From positions 1,192-65,191 of the forward strand of contig JBDHXA010000005.1 of the NCBI GenBank assembly GCA_039810485.1: a stretch of 64,000 nucleotides of DNA, in the 5' to 3' direction. The translations under genes were made by a program, and so were the position numbers. Positions 59,559-64,000 of the stretch are shown piece by piece; positions within the stretch are counted from its first letter, which is position 1, and each line of letters starts with the position of its first letter. Under the pieces are notes generated by a model, which was not told the origin of the DNA, searched no databases, and saw only the letters and a list, made by a program, of their open reading frames with translations. This DNA comes from Chlorobiota bacterium (lineage in GTDB: Bacteria > Bacteroidota > Ignavibacteria > Kapaibacteriales > UBA961).

Positions 59559-61074
59559 AATAAGTCTTAGTATAAAAATTGCAATTTTAACAGGAATAAC
59601 TTTTATGCTCCTTTTCGAGTTTTTGATTTCATTTTTTAAAAACAAAAATATTGATGATTTTAAAAGGTATTCTCAATCTCGACTTGTCGAAAATGCTAAA
59701 TTAATTGCTGCAAATATAGATGGAGATGACCATAGAAAGGCAATTATGATTGATGATTCAGCAAAAATTTACTATACTAAAATTCAAAATATTTTAAATA
59801 AAAGTAAAATATCTTTAGGAATTAAAGAAGAAATTGCTTCTATCTTTCTTCATAATGAAAGCACATCTTGCTATGGAGTAATGTCTAATGTAGACACAAT
59901 TGCAAGGCAAGGATGCTCTTTCAGGGATACAAGTTTAAAATTTGTTTTTAAGGAATCTTTCAAAAAAAATAAGCCAATTTCATCAGACATTTATAGCGAT
60001 AGAGACGGAACTTGGCTGTCTGGATTTGCGCCTATCATAGATAAAAAAGGGAATGTCGTTGCTGTTTTAGAATTAGATCTATCCTTCAATGAATATAATG
60101 ATAAATTAAAAGAATTTACAAGTTGGACAATATATTTTAGAATATTTGGAATTATTATATCAATCATTATTGGAATTTTACTCGGATTATTTATTGGTAA
60201 ACCTTTGTCCAACTTATCAAAGAAAATGAGTTTACTCGCAAATGAAGAAAAAGCAGAAGAATATAAAGTGCCAATACTTAAAAAAATCTTTCCTGATGAA
60301 AGTACTTCATTAATACATAGCTTTAATTATATGTCTTCAAAATTGAGTAAATTACTTTTTGAACTACATAAAGCCAATGAGCAGTTAAAAGAATTAGATA
60401 AGTCTAAATCAGTTTTTCTTTCTTTAATTTCTCACGAACTACGTACTCCTCTTACCGGTTTAGGTTTTATAGATTTATTGCATCGTGATAACAGTTTTAA
60501 TCAGGACGATTTTGAATTAATAGAGAATATCAGAGATAGTTATCTAAGGATTAAAGATTTTTCTTTGTCTGCAGAAAATTACATTAAAGCTCTGAATTAT
60601 AGGGCTATGATTGAAGATAAAACTAATTTATTTTTTGTTATTACGGAAATATTGCAAAACGTCAGATTAAAATACACACGAGAAATAACTCTTCAAGATT
60701 TTGTTGAGGATATTGTAATTTATTTTAATGACTTCATTTTTGAAGAGATTTTGACAAAAGTAATTGAAAATGCTATAAAATATTCTGAACAAACAGCAGA
60801 GATAGTTGTTAAATTGAAAATAATAGATGACTATTTCATAAAAATATACATAATTGACAAAGGAATCGGTATTAAATTTGAAAATTTGCACAAAATTTTT
60901 GAGCCATATTTTGTAAATGATATTGATTCTCATTCTCAGGGTTCAGGAGTAAGTTTAGCAATATGTAAAGCTTACATTAACAAATACGATGGGGATATTT
61001 CAGTCCATAGTGATGGTATGAATCAAGGCTCTACTTTTGTTATTAAATTAAAAAGAGTAAATACGGGGAATTAA
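59521..61074 (+). CDS. Sensor histidine kinase with periplasmic sensing domain
   Basis: 517 aa. Two transmembrane helices flank a ~150-aa extracytoplasmic domain. HisKA H-box LISHELRTPLTGL and HATPase_c G-boxes (GIGIKFENLHKIFEPYF, GSGVSLAICKAY). The start may be at 59542. Confidence 0.8.
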   Translation: MKQKDIIMKLAFKISLSIKIAILTGITFMLLFEFLISFFKNKNIDDFKRYSQSRLVENAKLIAANIDGDDHRKAIMIDDSAKIYYTKIQNILNKSKISLGIKEEIASIFLHNESTSCYGVMSNVDTIARQGCSFRDTSLKFVFKESFKKNKPISSDIYSDRDGTWLSGFAPIIDKKGNVVAVLELDLSFNEYNDKLKEFTSWTIYFRIFGIIISIIIGILLGLFIGKPLSNLSKKMSLLANEEKAEEYKVPILKKIFPDESTSLIHSFNYMSSKLSKLLFELHKANEQLKELDKSKSVFLSLISHELRTPLTGLGFIDLLHRDNSFNQDDFELIENIRDSYLRIKDFSLSAENYIKALNYRAMIEDKTNLFFVITEILQNVRLKYTREITLQDFVEDIVIYFNDFIFEEILTKVIENAIKYSEQTAEIVVKLKIIDDYFIKIYIIDKGIGIKFENLHKIFEPYFVNDIDSHSQGSGVSLAICKAYINKYDGDISVHSDGMNQGSTFVIKLKRVNTGN

Positions 61075-61076
61075 AA

Positions 61077-61664
61077 ATGGATTTCTTTCAATCAAAAGAA
61101 CATATAATTACTGAATGGATTGAAAATTATTCCGATTCTCTCTATTCGTGGGCTTTTTATAAAACTTCACATAGGGAAACAGCAGAAGATTTGGTTCAGG
61201 AAACTTTTATCTCTGCTTTCCAGGGAATTGATAAATTTGAAAATAAAAGTAATCCAAAAACTTGGCTTTTTTCAATACTTAATAATAAAATCTACGACCA
61301 TCACCGACAAAAATTTAGAAATCAATTATCAAATAATTACGAAAAAGAATTTAAAACAGAAGAAAATATTTTCAACGATTTTTTTGATGAAAATGATAAA
61401 TGGATTAGAGAAAAAAGACCTCAAACTTGGGACGAAACACAGAATTTACTTGATGATAATGATTTTTTAAATGTTTTGAATTACTGCATGGAAAATTTAC
61501 CTGAAACATGGTATTCTTCTATTCAGGCAAAGTATTTAACTGAAAAAGACAGCAAGGAAATCTGTAAGGATTTGGGAATTACTCCGTCTAATTACTGGCA
61601 GATATTGCATAGAGCCAAGCTACAATTGAGACAATGTATAGAACAGAATTGGTTCAGGAGATAA
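61077..61664 (+). CDS. ECF-type RNA polymerase sigma-70 factor
   Basis: 195 aa. Region 2 (AEDLVQETFISAFQ) and region 4 HTH (SKEICKDLGITPSNYWQILHRAK). Confidence 0.85.
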   Translation: MDFFQSKEHIITEWIENYSDSLYSWAFYKTSHRETAEDLVQETFISAFQGIDKFENKSNPKTWLFSILNNKIYDHHRQKFRNQLSNNYEKEFKTEENIFNDFFDENDKWIREKRPQTWDETQNLLDDNDFLNVLNYCMENLPETWYSSIQAKYLTEKDSKEICKDLGITPSNYWQILHRAKLQLRQCIEQNWFRR

Positions 61665-61665
61665 A

Positions 61666-61956
61666 ATGAAAAAAATGATGATAAAAATAATGAATTTACT
61701 TATGCTTTCTTGTAGAAAAGCAACAGAACTGATTGATAAAAAAATACACTTCAAGTTATCAACAAAAGAAAATTTTCAGTTAGTGCTTCATAAGAGTATG
61801 TGTGATGCCTGCACAGCTTACGAAAAGCAAAGCTTAATTATTGACAGAGTTTTGAAACAAGAAAAAGAGATAGATCAGCATATCATAAAACATAAACCCA
61901 CAGAGCAATTTAAAACAAATCTTATCAATAAATTTAAAAATAAAAAAGGAAAATAA
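61666..61956 (+). CDS. Putative anti-sigma factor (small, HxxxCxxC zinc-type motif)
   Basis: 96 aa, translationally coupled to the ECF sigma gene. Contains LHKSMCDACTAY. Assigned from context. Confidence 0.4.
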   Translation: MKKMMIKIMNLLMLSCRKATELIDKKIHFKLSTKENFQLVLHKSMCDACTAYEKQSLIIDRVLKQEKEIDQHIIKHKPTEQFKTNLINKFKNKKGK

Positions 61957-61958
61957 TA

Positions 61959-62312
61959 ATGAAAATACTTTTAGTTATCAATGATGCACCCTATGGGAAC
62001 GAAAAAGCGTATAATGCTCTTCGTCTTGCGATGACCTAGCAAAAGGAACATTCAGAAATAGAAGTAAGAATTTTCTTAATGGCAGATGCAGTATTATGTG
62101 CCTTACCAAATAACAATACACCAAATGGTTATTATAATATTGAACGAATGATGAAGAGCGTATTAAGCAAGGGCGGTAAAGTTAAAGCTTGTGGCACTTG
62201 TGCTCAAGCTCGTGGTGTTTTCGATTTAGTCTTTATTGAAAGCATAGAAAGAAGTAATATGATTGAATATACGAATTGGGTTGTTGAATCCGAAAAAGTA
62301 ATAAATTTTTAA
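61959..62312 (+). pseudogene. DsrE/YchN-like family protein interrupted by an in-frame TAG (62037-62039)
   Basis: MKILLVINDAPYGNEKAYNALRLAMT*QKEHSEIEVRIFLMADAVLCALPNN…KACGTCAQARG. The TAG falls where family members have an ordinary sense codon. The ORF track reports only the downstream 77-aa part. Confidence 0.5.
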
Positions 62313-62336
62313 AAGAAATTCTTTAAATGATAGATG

Positions 62337-62363
62337 AGCCCTTCCATTCCGAAGGGCTTTTTT
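62337..62363 (+). terminator. Rho-independent terminator
   Basis: AGCCCTTC-CATTC-CGAAGGGCT hairpin followed by TTTTTT. Confidence 0.7.
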
Positions 62364-62463
62364 AATTTTATAAAAATATTTTTCAACTCTTTGTCAGGTT
62401 TTAAAAATCTCAACGACTATTCCAGAAATAATTGATTTGTATAATTTTTTTTGGAGAATTGAG

Positions 62464-62922
62464 ATGAATAACAAACTAACAAAAACACTCACCGCAGGTG
62501 TAATAGCAACTGTTGCAATGACAATGGTTATGTTTATGGCTCCTCTTATGGGATTGCCAAAAATGAATGCGGCAGCAATGTTGTCAATGATGCTCGGAGT
62601 TCCTGTAATTGTCGGATGGCTCATGCACTTTATGATTGGGATTATTTTTGCCTTTGGATACTCATTCTTGTTTGCCAAAGTTCTAAGTAAGGTCTCAAAT
62701 ACAATCCTAAAGGGAGTAATTTATGGTTTTGTAGTTTTCGTTTTTGCTCAAATTATGATGCTTGCAATGGGTTTAATACTTCCAATGCCACAAAGTAATG
62801 ATAATATGGGCTTATTGATGTTAGGTAGTATTATAGGACATATTGTCTTTGGAATAGGAATAACTGAAGTGTTAACTGCAAGAAAATCATTAAGTAACAT
62901 AAATTTAGCAAATTCTAAATAG
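62464..62922 (+). CDS. Small integral membrane protein, unknown function
   Basis: Four predicted transmembrane helices. GGAGA ribosome-binding site 7 nt before the ATG at 62464, which is preferred over the track start at 62437. Confidence 0.4.
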   Translation: MNNKLTKTLTAGVIATVAMTMVMFMAPLMGLPKMNAAAMLSMMLGVPVIVGWLMHFMIGIIFAFGYSFLFAKVLSKVSNTILKGVIYGFVVFVFAQIMMLAMGLILPMPQSNDNMGLLMLGSIIGHIVFGIGITEVLTARKSLSNINLANSK

Positions 62923-62931
62923 GAGAAAAAT

Positions 62932-63453
62932 ATGAAAACCACAATAATCATGGCATTAATCATTTTAGCAATTTCTGGATTCGGGCTAACTTCATGCTCA
63001 AAAGACAATGCTACTAATCCAACACCACAAGAATTTATTGCAAACGACAGCACTTTTAAAGATTTTATGAGTTGGACTTTAGTAAAAACAATTCAAGGTG
63101 TTGACCCATTCTTAGCGGCATCAGGAGCACATGCAGGAAACGATTCGACAGTAGTAAGAAAGGTATATGTTAAAAACAACCAGAACAGAGTAAATGGATT
63201 GTTTCCCGTAGGCACTATCCTTGTTAAACACTCAAGTAATCCTGCAGGGACAGTTAATGAATTTACTGGAATGGTAAAGAGAGGTAATAGTTTTAATCCT
63301 TCAGGAAATGACTGGGAATGGTTTATGCTAATGCCAGACGGAACGATTGCAACTCAAAATGGTATGAAAACAAGGGGTGCTAACTTAATGAATGGTATGT
63401 GTGTCGGTTGCCATAGCGGAAATAAAACTCAAGATTATGTTTTTTCTAAATAA
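62932..63453 (+). CDS. Lipoprotein with single C-terminal CxxCH haem-binding motif (cytochrome P460-like candidate)
   Basis: 173 aa. Lipobox LTSC, and CVGCH 17 residues from the C-terminus. AGGAGA ribosome-binding site upstream. Confidence 0.45.
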   Translation: MKTTIIMALIILAISGFGLTSCSKDNATNPTPQEFIANDSTFKDFMSWTLVKTIQGVDPFLAASGAHAGNDSTVVRKVYVKNNQNRVNGLFPVGTILVKHSSNPAGTVNEFTGMVKRGNSFNPSGNDWEWFMLMPDGTIATQNGMKTRGANLMNGMCVGCHSGNKTQDYVFSK

Positions 63454-63484
63454 TTTATTTATAATTTTTTAAAGGAGAATTTCT

Positions 63485-63802
63485 ATGAAAAAGGTAAAAT
63501 TTATAATAGCGATATTTGCAATAATGATATTAGTTGCAAAGCCACAATTAACAAAAGCCCAAGAAACAAAAGATTTAAAAGAGCATGTTTGCACAACTGC
63601 CTGTAAAAATGGTTGCGTTTATGCACATGGTGAAAAAGGTCATGTCTGCACTGATGCTTGTAAAAAAGCAATGACTAATAAAACAAACTCAACTAATACT
63701 TTAAAAGACCATGTATGCACTTCAGCTTGCAAAGACGGAAAATGTGTCTATGCTCATGGCGAAAAGGGGCATGTCTGTACAGAAGAATGTAAAAAGAAGT
63801 GA
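63485..63802 (+). CDS. Small secreted Cys/His-rich protein with two tandem ~38-aa repeats
   Basis: 105 aa with signal peptide. Repeat unit LK(E/D)HVCT(T/S)ACK(N/D)G(K)CVYAHGEKGHVCT(D/E)(A/E)CKK occurs twice. Good ribosome-binding site upstream. Confidence 0.5.
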   Translation: MKKVKFIIAIFAIMILVAKPQLTKAQETKDLKEHVCTTACKNGCVYAHGEKGHVCTDACKKAMTNKTNSTNTLKDHVCTSACKDGKCVYAHGEKGHVCTEECKKK

Positions 63803-63825
63803 TTATTAATAATTCTTTAGTTTAA

Positions 63826-63853
63826 AGCCCTATCTATTTTGGTAGGGCTTTTT
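63826..63853 (+). terminator. Rho-independent terminator
   Basis: AGCCCTATC…GTAGGGCT hairpin followed by TTTTT. Confidence 0.65.
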
Positions 63854-64000
63854 GATTTAATCAGATTCATATTTCAATTGTGCTGATATTTAATTTTCTA
63901 AAATTAATAAATAAAGATCTGAAACCTGTTTAAGCTTTCTTAAAGCTATACAAGTATCTGCTTCCGATTCTAATTCTAAATTTGATTTATATCTATTTTC

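Noticed and set aside
61959-62312. In-frame TAG in the DsrE-like gene as pyrrolysine or other recoding
   Set aside because: No pyrrolysine machinery or other amber-containing genes are evident in the window. A nonsense mutation or base-call error is the simpler explanation, so it is reported as a pseudogene.

Overview
AT-rich (~35-40% GC) bacterial chromosomal segment, dominated by anaerobic respiration and anaerobic catabolism genes. Almost all genes are on the + strand, so the phylum guess (Bacteroidota/Ignavibacteriota-like) is weak and based only on gene style and composition. Layout, 5' to 3':
(1) a 3'-truncated AddB-like nuclease gene and a polar amino-acid ABC transporter on the - strand;
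(2) a giant TPR/transglutaminase-like secreted protein, aspS, and a TAT-signal protein;
(3) a complete membrane-bound respiratory nitrate reductase locus, narC-like cytochrome c plus narGHJI, followed by a hemerythrin-like gene and narK;
(4) a molybdenum-cofactor biosynthesis operon (moaA, moeA, TauE-like, mobA, moaD, moeB-rhodanese, moaE);
(5) a ~25 kb supercluster that, read from domain architecture and gene order, resembles an ATP-dependent benzoyl-CoA-type anaerobic aromatic degradation island. It has four genes arranged like bcrCBAD, an acyl-CoA ligase, a third 2-hydroxyacyl-CoA-dehydratase-family subunit, and an unusual ketopantoate-reductase-like/activase fusion. It also has thiolase, a hydroxyacyl-CoA dehydrogenase/hydratase fusion, a Zn-alcohol dehydrogenase, and a long plus a short crotonase (Oah/Dch/Had-like). 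KorAB 2-oxoacid:ferredoxin oxidoreductase, a 2[4Fe-4S] ferredoxin, a MocA-like transferase, XdhC, and a three-domain xanthine-dehydrogenase-family molybdoenzyme follow; the molybdoenzyme's flavoprotein subunit carries a Cys-rich insertion like 4-hydroxybenzoyl-CoA reductase;
(6) moaC-mogA fusion, small hypotheticals, decayed ArsR and AhpD-like remnants, a sensor kinase, an ECF sigma/anti-sigma pair, a DsrE-like gene with an in-frame TAG, and small secreted Cys/His-rich proteins.
Two ~193-bp copies of a MITE-like element with 19-bp terminal inverted repeats sit in opposite orientation at 20.9 kb and 59.1 kb, bracketing the narK/Moco/aromatic-cluster region. Two long intergenic regions upstream of the nar operon and of the bcr-like operon each carry four direct repeats of one shared 9-bp motif (GTCNGATAT / ATATCNGAC).
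No rRNA, tRNA or CRISPR was recognised.
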